Positions 20,301 to 28,018 of a stretch of DNA of 64,000 bases are shown piece after piece. Within the stretch, counting starts at the first letter, position 1, and every line of letters begins with the position of its first letter. Source of the stretch: Desulfuromonadales bacterium (GTDB lineage: Bacteria > Desulfobacterota > Desulfuromonadia > Desulfuromonadales > JAWOCM01); NCBI GenBank assembly GCA_046483795.1, contig JAWOCM010000091.1:1-64000 (forward strand). The letters run 5' to 3'. The position numbers were made by a program, and so were the translations under genes. The notes beneath the pieces were generated by a model. That model saw only the letters and a list, made by a program, of their open reading frames with translations, made no database searches and was not told where the DNA came from.

Positions 20301-20709
20301 CGATCTGGTTTCCGATCGATTCGACCGCCTCCTTCTGGAGGCCCCCCTGTTCGAATGGCTGGCAGAGCGCGACCTACCCGTGTCTACAGCCGAGGTTGAG
20401 CGCCTGGTCGGTCTGGTGCGCTCCCTGCTGTTGTGGCAGCAATGGCTCCAGCAGAAGACACCGGACGCAGCACTGCGCTCTCTGCTTGAAGAGCCCCAAA
20501 CAAGAACACTGATCGGCTGCAATCGTTTCAAAGACAATGTCTGGTTCAACCAGGAGAGCATGGAACTCCTGCTCAACGGCATGGAGATGGCAGCGGAAAT
20601 TTTCTACCCGCCAGCCGGGGCTGTTCCCCTCGTGAGCAAGATCGATCAATATCGCACCGCTTGCCACCAGTCGGGTTACAGTCTGGGAAAATTCTTGCGC
20701 CTCTTTTAA
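17398..20709 (+). CDS. Alpha-amylase family (GH13) glycoside hydrolase/transferase, 1103 aa
   Basis: GGAAGGAA Shine-Dalgarno sequence before ATG 17398. GH13 regions: I = ACDMVPNHTG; II = IIRFDAAMTL (nucleophile Asp); III = LLLAEAFW (acid/base Glu); IV = FMSNPDEE (Asp kept, His replaced by Pro). About 330 aa at the N-terminus and about 400 aa at the C-terminus are unassigned. Confidence 0.8.
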   Translation: MALSPPNSGRNNETTSMSERHVSTESYFLYDLQLNAAFWRNNAVAGRLRSSPPPPLNYSLNAIAEGLSPQLDTPIETGNLALLSALNAVFRHISWSYLAGREVKVEGDHLVIGKRRQRIDGLFDSLKAFVVHFPPAAVVTGETDAEHFFSGGKATDRQTEALVQMFALAVQSRNPALEEERRLIDDEAFQKQSGYRLILERIDRLFGAETSPSPFNQSLSELLSQPLRHSPDDLVGQVAYVRSHWGPLLPEGVLNQVLTSFDLWQEEQQIRGAGPGGPAPVPDYTEVRGTEIRRYSPDADWMPNVVLMAKSIQVWLDQLSRKYQLHLRRLDDIPDAELDLLNQWNITGLWLIGIWERSRASQRIKQMRGNPEAEASAYSLYDYVIAEELGGEAALDNLRERCSRRGIRLACDMVPNHTGICSRWIVEHPDWYIQTDIPPYPGYHYTGPDLCEKDEVSVFIEDGYWDHTEAAVTFKHVDHRTAKERFIYHGNDGTHLPWNDTAQLNFLLPDVRQAVLEEIVDIARSFSIIRFDAAMTLAKKHFQRLWYPQPGGGAGVPSRADFWMSRQDFERAFPVEFWREVVDRIAAEVPDTLLLAEAFWLMEGFFVRTVGMHRVYNSAFMNMLKTEDNARYRNLLKNTLEFDPEILKRFVNFMSNPDEETAVEQFGTGDKYFGVAILLVTLPGLPMFAHGQVEGLREKYGMEYPRAYWDESVDEPLLLHHERMLFPLLGRRPLFSEVENFALFDFYTAEGVNEDVISFSNRLDDQRALVVYHNRYGETSGWIRTAWSPGTDQKSGMENATLASALALGSDETIWRFKDHCSGKSYLRKGRQFNEDEFFLQLGPYEACVFIDFEPLEDPEGEWRTLWRELDGQPATDLDRQRQKLRYSNLHAALVDTLVAMGTPESLTVRQLAPLVEELEMQTGREIDLKALLSALQRDLERLPAEEPRYPMAIAPPLVLLRHLDIGFDLVSDRFDRLLLEAPLFEWLAERDLPVSTAEVERLVGLVRSLLLWQQWLQQKTPDAALRSLLEEPQTRTLIGCNRFKDNVWFNQESMELLLNGMEMAAEIFYPPAGAVPLVSKIDQYRTACHQSGYSLGKFLRLF

Positions 20710-20714
20710 AAACG

Positions 20715-20844
20715 ATGCCTTCGCAAAAAGTCATCTTTTACCACCAAGGCACCAAGGGCACCAAGAAAACATCACTAAGATTCAATGGGTTACCTTTGTG
20801 TCTTGGTGTCTTGGTGGTGGATTTTCGGTTTTTTGCGAGACCAT
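20715..20844 (-). repeat. Hairpin MITE-like element, family B (CACCAAGG words), full copy
   Basis: The reverse complement aligns end to end with 63560..63685 (ATGG.CTCGCAAAAAA.CC..AATCCACCACCAAGACACCAAG.CACAAAG ... TTCTTGGTGCCCTTGGTGCCTT.GTGGT ... TTTTT.CGA). It fills the gap between the GH13 stop and the glgA start. Confidence 0.85.
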
Positions 20845-20860
20845 CATGGAGCGGCAGTCG

Positions 20861-22405
20861 ATGAAAATTCTTATCATAGCCCCGGAAGTCACTCCTTTTG
20901 CCAAGAGCGGCGGTCTTGCCGACGTCGCCGGCAGCCTGCCCTGCGCCCTCAAGAAGCGCGGCCATGACGTGCGCATCGTCATGCCATACTATCGCTCCAT
21001 CGCCGAAAGCGAATTTTCCGCACCGAGAAGCGGTCGGCGAATGACCGTTCTGGTCGAAGAGCAACCCTGTGAGGGGCACCTGCGGACTCTCGACCACGGA
21101 GGGATTCCCGTTCATTTCATCGACAATCCCTTCTTTTTCGATCGCCCCGGCCTTTACGGCGATGCTGCCGGCGACTATCCGGACAACGCTGCACGCTTCG
21201 GTTTTTTTTGTCGAGCTGTCCTGCACATGCTTCGAGGCCTTGACTGGAGTCCTGAAATCCTCCACCTCAACGACTGGCAAACCGCCCTGATACCGGTCCT
21301 GCTGAAGAACGAACTGGAGGGGGAGCCGTTCTACAACGCCATGGCGACAGTGATGACTATCCACAACCTCGGTTACCAGGGAAACTTTCCGCCGACAGTG
21401 CTCAAGACTCTCGGCCTTGATCGAGCACTCTACACCACCGACGGGCTGGAATTTTATCACCAGGTTTCTCTTCTCAAAGGCGGCATCCTCTTTGCCGATC
21501 TGCTGACTACTGTCAGCGAAACCTACTGCCGCGAAATCCAGACTCCGGCGATGGGGCACGGCTTCGACGGCATTCTGAGAAGCCGGCGGGAGAAGCTTTT
21601 CGGTGTCATCAACGGCCTCGATACCGAGCTGTGGAATCCCTCCGGCGACCCGGCTTTACCACAACCCTACTCGGTCGACTCTCTGGCGGGAAAAGCAGAG
21701 GACAAGTCGGCCCTCCAGGAAGAACTCGGTCTGGACATTCAGCCCGGGATCCCCATTCTGGCCGTTATCTCCCGGCTCGACCGGCAAAAAGGAATGGATC
21801 TGATCCTGGAGGTCTGGGAAGAACTGATGCTGAGAAAGGTCCAGTTCGTGCTGCTCGGCACAGGAGATCCGAAACTGATGCAAGCTTTCTCCCTTTGCAC
21901 AAAGGACCATGCCCGGCAGGCCTCCATCAATCTGGAGTTCGACGAGGCCCTCTCCCGCAGAATTTATGCCGGCGCAGACATGCTGCTCGTTCCCAGCCGC
22001 TACGAGCCGTGCGGTCTGGCCCAGCTGATTGCACTGCGATATGGAACCGTCCCCCTTGTGCGCAGAACCGGCGGACTCGCCGATACCATCACCGACGTTG
22101 CCGTCGATCCTGAAAAGGGCAACGGCTTTACTTTTGACATGCTGACGGGGGAGAATATGCTTGACGCCATCGACCGTGCTCTGGAACTCTATCGGGACGA
22201 GGTGCGATGGAAGGACGTCATGCGCCGGGGCATGAACGCCGATCACTCGTGGGACCGTTCGGCCCTCGAGTACGAACGACTTTACGGAACAGCTCTGGAG
22301 AATCGACGTGAACAAGACGAACAAGGAACAGCCGCAGGAGGAAGAGGAAGAGGAAGAGGAAGAGGAAGAGGAAGCGGAGACATCCCGTTTCCCGGAACTC
22401 GATGA
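20861..22405 (+). CDS. glgA: Glycogen (starch) synthase GlgA
   Basis: Track ORF 20798..22405. ATG 20861 follows GGAGCGG. The canonical N-terminus is MKILIIAPEVTPFAKSGGLADVAGSLP. The last about 30 aa (EQDEQGTAAGGRGRGRGRGRGSGDIPFPGTR) are a low-complexity tail produced by reading the GAGGAA repeat. Confidence 0.9.
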   Translation: MKILIIAPEVTPFAKSGGLADVAGSLPCALKKRGHDVRIVMPYYRSIAESEFSAPRSGRRMTVLVEEQPCEGHLRTLDHGGIPVHFIDNPFFFDRPGLYGDAAGDYPDNAARFGFFCRAVLHMLRGLDWSPEILHLNDWQTALIPVLLKNELEGEPFYNAMATVMTIHNLGYQGNFPPTVLKTLGLDRALYTTDGLEFYHQVSLLKGGILFADLLTTVSETYCREIQTPAMGHGFDGILRSRREKLFGVINGLDTELWNPSGDPALPQPYSVDSLAGKAEDKSALQEELGLDIQPGIPILAVISRLDRQKGMDLILEVWEELMLRKVQFVLLGTGDPKLMQAFSLCTKDHARQASINLEFDEALSRRIYAGADMLLVPSRYEPCGLAQLIALRYGTVPLVRRTGGLADTITDVAVDPEKGNGFTFDMLTGENMLDAIDRALELYRDEVRWKDVMRRGMNADHSWDRSALEYERLYGTALENRREQDEQGTAAGGRGRGRGRGRGSGDIPFPGTR

Positions 22406-22538
22406 ACTGCAGGCGGAAATCCAGAAACGCATTCACGACAATGAAAGGTTTCTGGAGCGCTTCCTGGATGAAAACCACCAGGATGAAGACGAGATCGATG
22501 ACGGTGCGGAAGACGAGGGGACTTTCGAAGAGTTGTAG
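22308..22538 (+). CDS. Small highly acidic protein with poly-Glu tract (76 aa), hypothetical
   Basis: GTG 22308 is preceded by GGAGAA at 5-nt spacing. Sequence: MNKTNKEQPQ-(E)12-AETSRFPELDELQAEIQKRIHDNERFLERFLDENHQDEDEIDDGAEDEGTFEEL. The non-overlapping 3' two-thirds looks like a genuine amphipathic acidic helix. The first 98 nt overlap glgA. Confidence 0.45.
   Translation: MNKTNKEQPQEEEEEEEEEEEEAETSRFPELDELQAEIQKRIHDNERFLERFLDENHQDEDEIDDGAEDEGTFEEL
22338..22373 (+). repeat. (GAGGAA)x6 hexanucleotide microsatellite
   Basis: Six perfect tandem GAGGAA units. They read as (Glu)12 in the small-ORF frame and as (Arg-Gly)n in the glgA frame. Confidence 0.95.
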
Positions 22539-22588
22539 GCGCGCTTTTACCTATCGGTCCGGATGGTCACAAAGGTCTTCGCCGGGAA

Positions 22589-22882
22589 TCAATCTTTCAG
22601 GGAGTCCAGATATTCGGCCCACTCCGTGGGAAGAAGGTGCTTTTTTTTGGTGTTGCATTCCTTGCAGGCCGGCACACAATTTCCGCGGGTCGATTTTCCG
22701 CCCCGTGTCACGGGAACGACATGGTCGAGGGTCAACTCCCCGGGCGGAACATTAGCTCCACAATAGTGGCAGAGACCTCTGGCGATGCGATTCTTCCACC
22801 AGTTGCTCTTGCGCAGTTCCCTGGCCTTCTCGCGCTGGCGCCTGATCTCCTCTTCATCCGGCTCGATAAAAATGCTGTTCAC
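22589..22882 (-). CDS. HNH endonuclease family protein (97 aa)
   Basis: Track ORF 22589..22966. I prefer the in-frame GTG at 22882 because a perfect GGAGG precedes it at 4-nt spacing. HNH motif: CHYCGANVPPGELTLDHVVPVTRGGKSTRGNCVPACKECNTKK. Confidence 0.8.
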   Translation of the reverse strand: MNSIFIEPDEEEIRRQREKARELRKSNWWKNRIARGLCHYCGANVPPGELTLDHVVPVTRGGKSTRGNCVPACKECNTKKKHLLPTEWAEYLDSLKD

Positions 22883-23037
22883 AATTCCTCCTTTTTTTGC
22901 ATTATAAAACAGGCAGGATCGCCGGACAACCTTCCCGTGCTTGCACTGATTTGGAAAATGTGCCATATATCTGCCGTCGCGTCACTGCAAGGAGGGGATA
23001 ATTTGCCCGCTACAAGAATGAAAGATCGGTTGCCGTC

Positions 23038-24393
23038 ATGAAAATACTGGTTGTCGGAGGCGGACAGGTCGGACACTTCCTGTGCGAGCGGCTCTCTACA
23101 GAAGGGCACGAAGTCGTGCTCATCGACAAGTCGGGCGACCGGCTCAAAGATATCGAGGACCGTCTCAACATCCTGGGAGTTCACGGCAACGGAGCCAGCG
23201 CCGAGGTCCTGGAGCAGGCGGACATCAAGTCGGTCGATATTTTCATCGCCGTGACCGACATGGACGAGATCAACATCATGGCGTGCCTGATCGCACGCGA
23301 GTACAAGATCAAGACTCTGGTCGCCCGCGTCAAGAGCATCGAATACTCCGGCGAAAGCGCTGTACTGTCCAAGGAAAAGCTCGGCATCGACCTGCTCATC
23401 AATCCCGATGACGCTGTAGCCGACGAAATTGTCAAGATCGCCTGCCGCACCGGCTCCTTCGACGTGGCGGAATTCGTCGAGGGCCAGATCCAGTTCATCG
23501 GCTACCGTATCGCTCCCGACAGCCCTCTTTGCGACCTGACTCTCAAGGAACTGGGCGATCTTCACGGCATGTATCGCTTCATCGTGACGGCGATCAGCCG
23601 CAAGGGGCAAACCATCATTCCCCGGGGCGACGATACCATTCAGGCCGGGGACAGCATCTTTATTTTCGCCCACCAGCAGGATCTGCCCGCCATCCAGTAT
23701 CTTCTGCGACAGGAGCAGAGCAAGCAGCGGCGTCATCCAAGAGCGTTCATACTGGGCGGCGGAAGCATCGGTCTGCGCATTGCCGACCAGCTGGAAAAGA
23801 TGGGCTTCGAAGTCCGTCTGGTCGAGCGCGACCTCAAGCGATGCGAATCCCTGGCCGCCAAACTGAAAAAAACGATAGTTCTCCGAACCGAGGGAACCGA
23901 TATCCGCACCCTGATCGACGAAGGGGTCAAAGAGGCGGAAGTCTTTATCGCTGTCACCGACAACGACGAAACCAATATTCTTTCATCGCTTCTCTGCAAG
24001 AAGTATGGCGCCAAACGGACTCTTGCCCTGATCAACCAGCCCGAGTTTCTCCAGCTGGCGCCCGAGCTCGGTATCGACGCCTGCATTTCTCCTCGCCTTG
24101 CGGCAGCCGGCGCCATCCTCAAGTACGTCCGACGCGGCGAGGTCATCTCCATGGCGGCCGTCGAGGGCAGCGACGCGGAGGTCATCGAATTTCAGGTCAA
24201 AAAGGGAAGCCGGGGCGAAGGCATTCAATTAAAGGATCTGAATTTTCCTTCCGGAGCGATTATCGGCGCTATCGTTCGCGAAGGCGGCTACGAGATCCCC
24301 ACCGGCGAAAGCCGCCTGAAAAGCGGTGATCGGGTGGTCGTTTTTGCACAGCCCAAAGCCCTGCCCAAGGTCGAAAGTTTTTTCCCCCGATGA
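23038..24393 (+). CDS. trkA: Trk system potassium uptake protein TrkA
   Basis: 451 aa with two RCK/NAD-binding halves (MKILVVGGGQVGHFL... and AFILGGGSIGLRIA...). The stop overlaps the trkH start. Confidence 0.9.
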   Translation: MKILVVGGGQVGHFLCERLSTEGHEVVLIDKSGDRLKDIEDRLNILGVHGNGASAEVLEQADIKSVDIFIAVTDMDEINIMACLIAREYKIKTLVARVKSIEYSGESAVLSKEKLGIDLLINPDDAVADEIVKIACRTGSFDVAEFVEGQIQFIGYRIAPDSPLCDLTLKELGDLHGMYRFIVTAISRKGQTIIPRGDDTIQAGDSIFIFAHQQDLPAIQYLLRQEQSKQRRHPRAFILGGGSIGLRIADQLEKMGFEVRLVERDLKRCESLAAKLKKTIVLRTEGTDIRTLIDEGVKEAEVFIAVTDNDETNILSSLLCKKYGAKRTLALINQPEFLQLAPELGIDACISPRLAAAGAILKYVRRGEVISMAAVEGSDAEVIEFQVKKGSRGEGIQLKDLNFPSGAIIGAIVREGGYEIPTGESRLKSGDRVVVFAQPKALPKVESFFPR

Positions 24394-25835
24394 ATATTTT
24401 CCAGACCCTGCGCATTCTCGGGGCTCTGCTCGTGCATCTCTCCGGGGCCCTTCTCGTTCCCATCGCCTTTTCCCTCTATTTCGAGGACGGCGCCTGGCTC
24501 TCTTTCGTCTACTCGTCCGCTGTGACTCTGGCTGTAGGGCTTGTTCTGTTCAAGGGATTCAGAAGCAAGAACACCGATCTGGGCATCCGGGAAGGCTTTG
24601 CCGTTGTAACCCTGGGCTGGACTTCTTTCGCTCTCTTCGGTTCGCTCCCTTATATTTTCTCCGGGGCCATCCCCTTCCCGGTCGACGCCCTGTTCGAAAC
24701 GATGAGCGGCTTCACCACGACCGGGGCCACCATTCTCACCTCGATCGAAACCCTTCCTCCAAGTGTGCTCTTCTGGCGCGCCATGACCCATTGGCTGGGC
24801 GGGATGGGAATTATCGTCCTGTCACTGGCCATCTTGCCGATGCTCGGCGTTGGGGGAATGCAGATGTTCAAGGCGGAAGTACCCGGCCCGACAACCGATC
24901 GACTTCGCCCGCGCATCCAGGATACCGCCAAGCTGCTCTGGGGTGTCTACGTCACCCTGACCGCCGCGGAGACGATCCTGCTGATGTTCGGCGGCATGAG
25001 CTTTTTCGATGCTATCTGTCATTCTTTCGCGACTCTCGCCACCGGAGGCTTTTCCACCCGGGATGCATCGATCGGCGCCTACGACAGTGCCTATATAGAC
25101 TGGGTGGTCACCTTTTTCATGTTTGCCGCCGGCGTTAATTTTTCGCTCCACTTTTACGCCCTTCGCGGACGCATCAGGGGGTACTTCCGGAACGAAGAGT
25201 TCCGCTTCTACCTGAGCCTCACTCTGGGGGCGGTCGCGGTGTTGATGTTTCTCAACCACGGCACAGTCTACGCCTCTTTTCTCGATAATCTTCGCTACAG
25301 CGCCTTTCAGGCGGCCTCGATCCTGACGACCACCGGCTTTGGCACCGCCGATTACGAACTGTGGCCGGTATTGGGCCAGTACATCCTCGTGACTCTGATG
25401 TTCGTCGGCGGCTGTGCCGGATCCACAAGCGGCGGCATGAAAGTCGCCCGGATCATGATGCTGTTCAAATACGCCCACGTACAGGTTTTCCGCCTGATCC
25501 ATCCACGCGCCGTCCGGCTGGTCAAGCTCGGCGGCAATCCCGTCGACAGAGATGTTGTTCAGGCCATTCTCGGTTTTTTCGCCCTTTTCATGGGCATCTT
25601 TCTTTTCGCCTCGTTCCTGATGGCCGCCGTCGGAATGGACCTGATCTCCGCAGGAGCCTCGGTCATCGCCACCCTCAGCAACATCGGTCCGGGGCTGGGC
25701 TCGGTCGGCCCGGTGGACAACTACCAGCACGTACCGGCACTGGGCAAGTGCGTACTGACCTTCTGCATGCTCATGGGTCGACTCGAGCTGTTTACGGTGC
25801 TGGTTCTGTTTTTCCCCTCCTTCTGGCGCAAGTAA
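24390..25835 (+). CDS. trkH: TrkH family potassium transporter
   Basis: 481-aa polytopic membrane protein with TrkH selectivity-type motifs (SGFTTTGAT, ATGGFS, TTTGFGT, STSGGMKV). Confidence 0.9.
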   Translation: MNIFQTLRILGALLVHLSGALLVPIAFSLYFEDGAWLSFVYSSAVTLAVGLVLFKGFRSKNTDLGIREGFAVVTLGWTSFALFGSLPYIFSGAIPFPVDALFETMSGFTTTGATILTSIETLPPSVLFWRAMTHWLGGMGIIVLSLAILPMLGVGGMQMFKAEVPGPTTDRLRPRIQDTAKLLWGVYVTLTAAETILLMFGGMSFFDAICHSFATLATGGFSTRDASIGAYDSAYIDWVVTFFMFAAGVNFSLHFYALRGRIRGYFRNEEFRFYLSLTLGAVAVLMFLNHGTVYASFLDNLRYSAFQAASILTTTGFGTADYELWPVLGQYILVTLMFVGGCAGSTSGGMKVARIMMLFKYAHVQVFRLIHPRAVRLVKLGGNPVDRDVVQAILGFFALFMGIFLFASFLMAAVGMDLISAGASVIATLSNIGPGLGSVGPVDNYQHVPALGKCVLTFCMLMGRLELFTVLVLFFPSFWRK

Positions 25836-25855
25836 AGACCATCTTTTGATGTATA

Positions 25856-26716
25856 ATGACCTCCATGAAAACGTTTCTCGGCGGTTTTCTTTTCGCTTTG
25901 CTTTTCTTCTCCGGCGTCGGACGAGCATACTGCGCTATGGAATACCAGTTCGTCTATTTTCCCGCACGCACCATTGATGCAACCCCGGAAGATTACGGTC
26001 TCGACTTCGAGGACATCCGGTTCGAGGCGGACGACGGAACGTCACTGCATGGCTGGTTCCTGCCCGGCGAACCGCATCAGCCCCTGGTGCTCTTCTGCCA
26101 CGGCAATGCCGGGAACATCTCCCACCGCATCGACAATCTCCGGAAGCTTCATCACCTCGGGGTCGGCGTCTTTATTTTCGATTATCGCGGCTACGGCCGC
26201 AGCGAAGGGCGCGCTTCAGAAGAAGGGACTTACGACGACGCCCGCGGAGCCCTTTCCTGGCTGCGCTCCAGGGGATGGTCTACCGAGAAACTGGTCTATT
26301 TCGGCCGCTCGCTCGGAGCCTCGGTCGCCTTGCAACTGGCAGTCGAGGAACCGCCGGCCGCAGTCGTCCTCGAATCCGCCTTTACCTCGATCCGGGCCCT
26401 CGGATGGCGCCACAACCCGATTCTGACCTTCCTGCTCGGCTGGCTGCTGGATGCCCGGTACGACAACGCGGATAAAATAAAGAAACTCCGCTCCCCCCTC
26501 CTGTTTATTCATGGCGGCGAAGACACCATCGTGCCTCCGGATATGGGACGCCGGCTGTTCGATATGGCACCCGAGCCGAAACATTTTTTCCTGCGGCCCG
26601 AGGCGGACCACAACACCCCTCTGCCCCCGACCGGAGCACCCTACTGGCAGGCCTGGCGGAATTTTCTCGACGGAGCAGTCACCACGACAAAAAGCCCGCT
26701 CCCTGAGAAAGGTTGA
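25856..26716 (+). CDS. Alpha/beta hydrolase
   Basis: 286 aa with an N-terminal membrane/signal segment, the motif HGNAGNISHR, a nucleophile elbow (GRSLGA), and late IHGGEDTIVP and His (EADHN). Confidence 0.8.
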   Translation: MTSMKTFLGGFLFALLFFSGVGRAYCAMEYQFVYFPARTIDATPEDYGLDFEDIRFEADDGTSLHGWFLPGEPHQPLVLFCHGNAGNISHRIDNLRKLHHLGVGVFIFDYRGYGRSEGRASEEGTYDDARGALSWLRSRGWSTEKLVYFGRSLGASVALQLAVEEPPAAVVLESAFTSIRALGWRHNPILTFLLGWLLDARYDNADKIKKLRSPLLFIHGGEDTIVPPDMGRRLFDMAPEPKHFFLRPEADHNTPLPPTGAPYWQAWRNFLDGAVTTTKSPLPEKG

Positions 26717-26771
26717 AATCGACACCATTTTCGGTTTAAAAAGGAGAAACCAACTTCAGGAGAGCGAACAT

Positions 26772-27161
26772 ATGGCCAGGATACTTATCGTCGAGGACGA
26801 TCCGATCAGTCTGGATGTCTGTAGCAACATCATCAAGAAGCTCGGGCACAAGTCGATAGCCGCCAAGAACGGCCGGGAAGCGGTCGAATGCATCCGGACC
26901 GAATTGCCCGATGCCATTCTCCTCGATGTTGTCCTGCCCGACATCGAAGGGTTTCAACTCGGCAAAAATCTGAAAGAGCACCCCCGCACCAGCGACATTC
27001 CCATCGCCTATGTGACCGGCCGTTCGAACACCGCCGATTTCAAAAAGGGATTCGAAAGCGGCGGCATGATCTATCTGACCAAACCCTACACCTCCGATGC
27101 GCTCGAAACCGCCCTGTCCAGCCTCCTGCTGACACGCCGCAGTAAATCTGAAGACCTTTAA
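26772..27161 (+). CDS. Single-domain response regulator (REC only)
   Basis: Track ORF 26511..27161. ATG 26772 follows GGAGAG. Sequence starts MARILIVEDDPISLDV..., has the phospho-acceptor in ILLDVVLPD and the conserved Lys in YLTKPY. Confidence 0.85.
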   Translation: MARILIVEDDPISLDVCSNIIKKLGHKSIAAKNGREAVECIRTELPDAILLDVVLPDIEGFQLGKNLKEHPRTSDIPIAYVTGRSNTADFKKGFESGGMIYLTKPYTSDALETALSSLLLTRRSKSEDL

Positions 27162-27195
27162 AAAAAAGGGAGGCGGCACCTGCCGTCTCCCTTTC
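27160..27195. terminator. Bidirectional rho-independent terminator (convergent REC and pgeF)
   Basis: A7-GGGAGGCGG-CACCTG-CCGTCTCCC-TTT. The stem is 9 bp with one G-T pair. The A-run gives a U-tract for the minus-strand transcript. Confidence 0.6.
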
Positions 27196-27223
27196 TCCTC
27201 ATCACTGCTGTTGATGCGCTGCA

Positions 27224-28018
27224 TCAGGCGGTCACGACGAATCCCATCTGCCGGCCGGTCGAACCGCCATCGCGTCGATAGGAGAAAAAAAGCTCCTTGT
27301 GGCAGCAGGTGCACTCCTCCACCGCCTCGGTGCGGGCCGGGTCAAGGCCGGAATCGCGCAACTGAAGCTGGCAGCTCAACCGCAAATCGAGAAACCACTT
27401 TCCCAGGCTTCGCTCCTTCGCGATACGCTGCCAGTGATCGGTCCCGCTTCGGAAAGCTTCGCGAACCGGACGGTCGACTTCGTATTTGTGCGCACCGATG
27501 CCGGGACCGATGGCCGCATACAGATTTTCGATCTTCACCCCGAAGTTTTTCTCCATGGTCCGGACCGTTTTGGCGAGAATCCCTTCGGCCGCACCACGCC
27601 AGCCCACATGCACCACCGCGTAAACCTTTTTTTCGGGATCGAAGAGGATCACCGGATAACAGTCAGCCACCAGGATTCCGATCATGATGCCCGGCTGATC
27701 TGTCACCACGGCGTCGCATTCCACGCCCAGGAAATGCGTCAGATCGGGATTGGACTCGTCAATGACGAGAACGTTTGTATCGTGAACCTGTTTGACGGTG
27801 AGAAGCAGATGGACGGGCAAACCGAAGGCCCGGGTAAGAGTCGACCGGTTCCCCTCGACATTGGAGCTCGCATCATCGGTATTGAACGCCAGATTGAGCG
27901 AATTGTAGGGCGGTCGGCTCACTCCCCCGTTCCGGGTGGTAAAGCCTGCAGAGAGTTCGAAACGGTCCGCCCAGCTCGGCTGCTTGTAACTTATTTTGCC
28001 TTGTCTGACGAGTTTCAT
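27224..28018 (-). CDS. pgeF: Peptidoglycan editing factor PgeF (YfiH/DUF152 laccase-domain protein)
   Basis: Track ORF 27224..28054. ATG 28018 overlaps the rluD stop (ATGA). Motifs: DAVVTDQPG, LVADCYPV, HVGWRG, CTCC...FFSYRRDG. Confidence 0.85.
   Translation of the reverse strand: MKLVRQGKISYKQPSWADRFELSAGFTTRNGGVSRPPYNSLNLAFNTDDASSNVEGNRSTLTRAFGLPVHLLLTVKQVHDTNVLVIDESNPDLTHFLGVECDAVVTDQPGIMIGILVADCYPVILFDPEKKVYAVVHVGWRGAAEGILAKTVRTMEKNFGVKIENLYAAIGPGIGAHKYEVDRPVREAFRSGTDHWQRIAKERSLGKWFLDLRLSCQLQLRDSGLDPARTEAVEECTCCHKELFFSYRRDGGSTGRQMGFVVTA

Noticed and set aside
20738-20820. Tandem short repeats (CACCAAGG, ACGCAAAG, GTGAGG, GTGAC) considered as a possible CRISPR array or tandem-repeat protein binding array.
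   Set aside because: The units are 7-9 nt with no spacers of CRISPR size. The repeats are mirrored as complements on the other arm, giving hairpins. No cas genes are in the window.
22337-22405. The Arg-Gly-rich C-terminal tail of GlgA as a functional RGG-type domain.
   Set aside because: It is generated entirely by reading the GAGGAA microsatellite out of the poly-Glu frame and lies beyond the conserved GlgA C-terminus. I keep it only as part of the overlap finding, not as a domain call.
22589-25835. HNH nuclease plus neighbouring genes as a defence or restriction locus.
   Set aside because: The neighbours are glgA and trkA/trkH housekeeping genes. No methyltransferase, ATPase, helicase, TIR/SIR2 or toxin-antitoxin partner is present.
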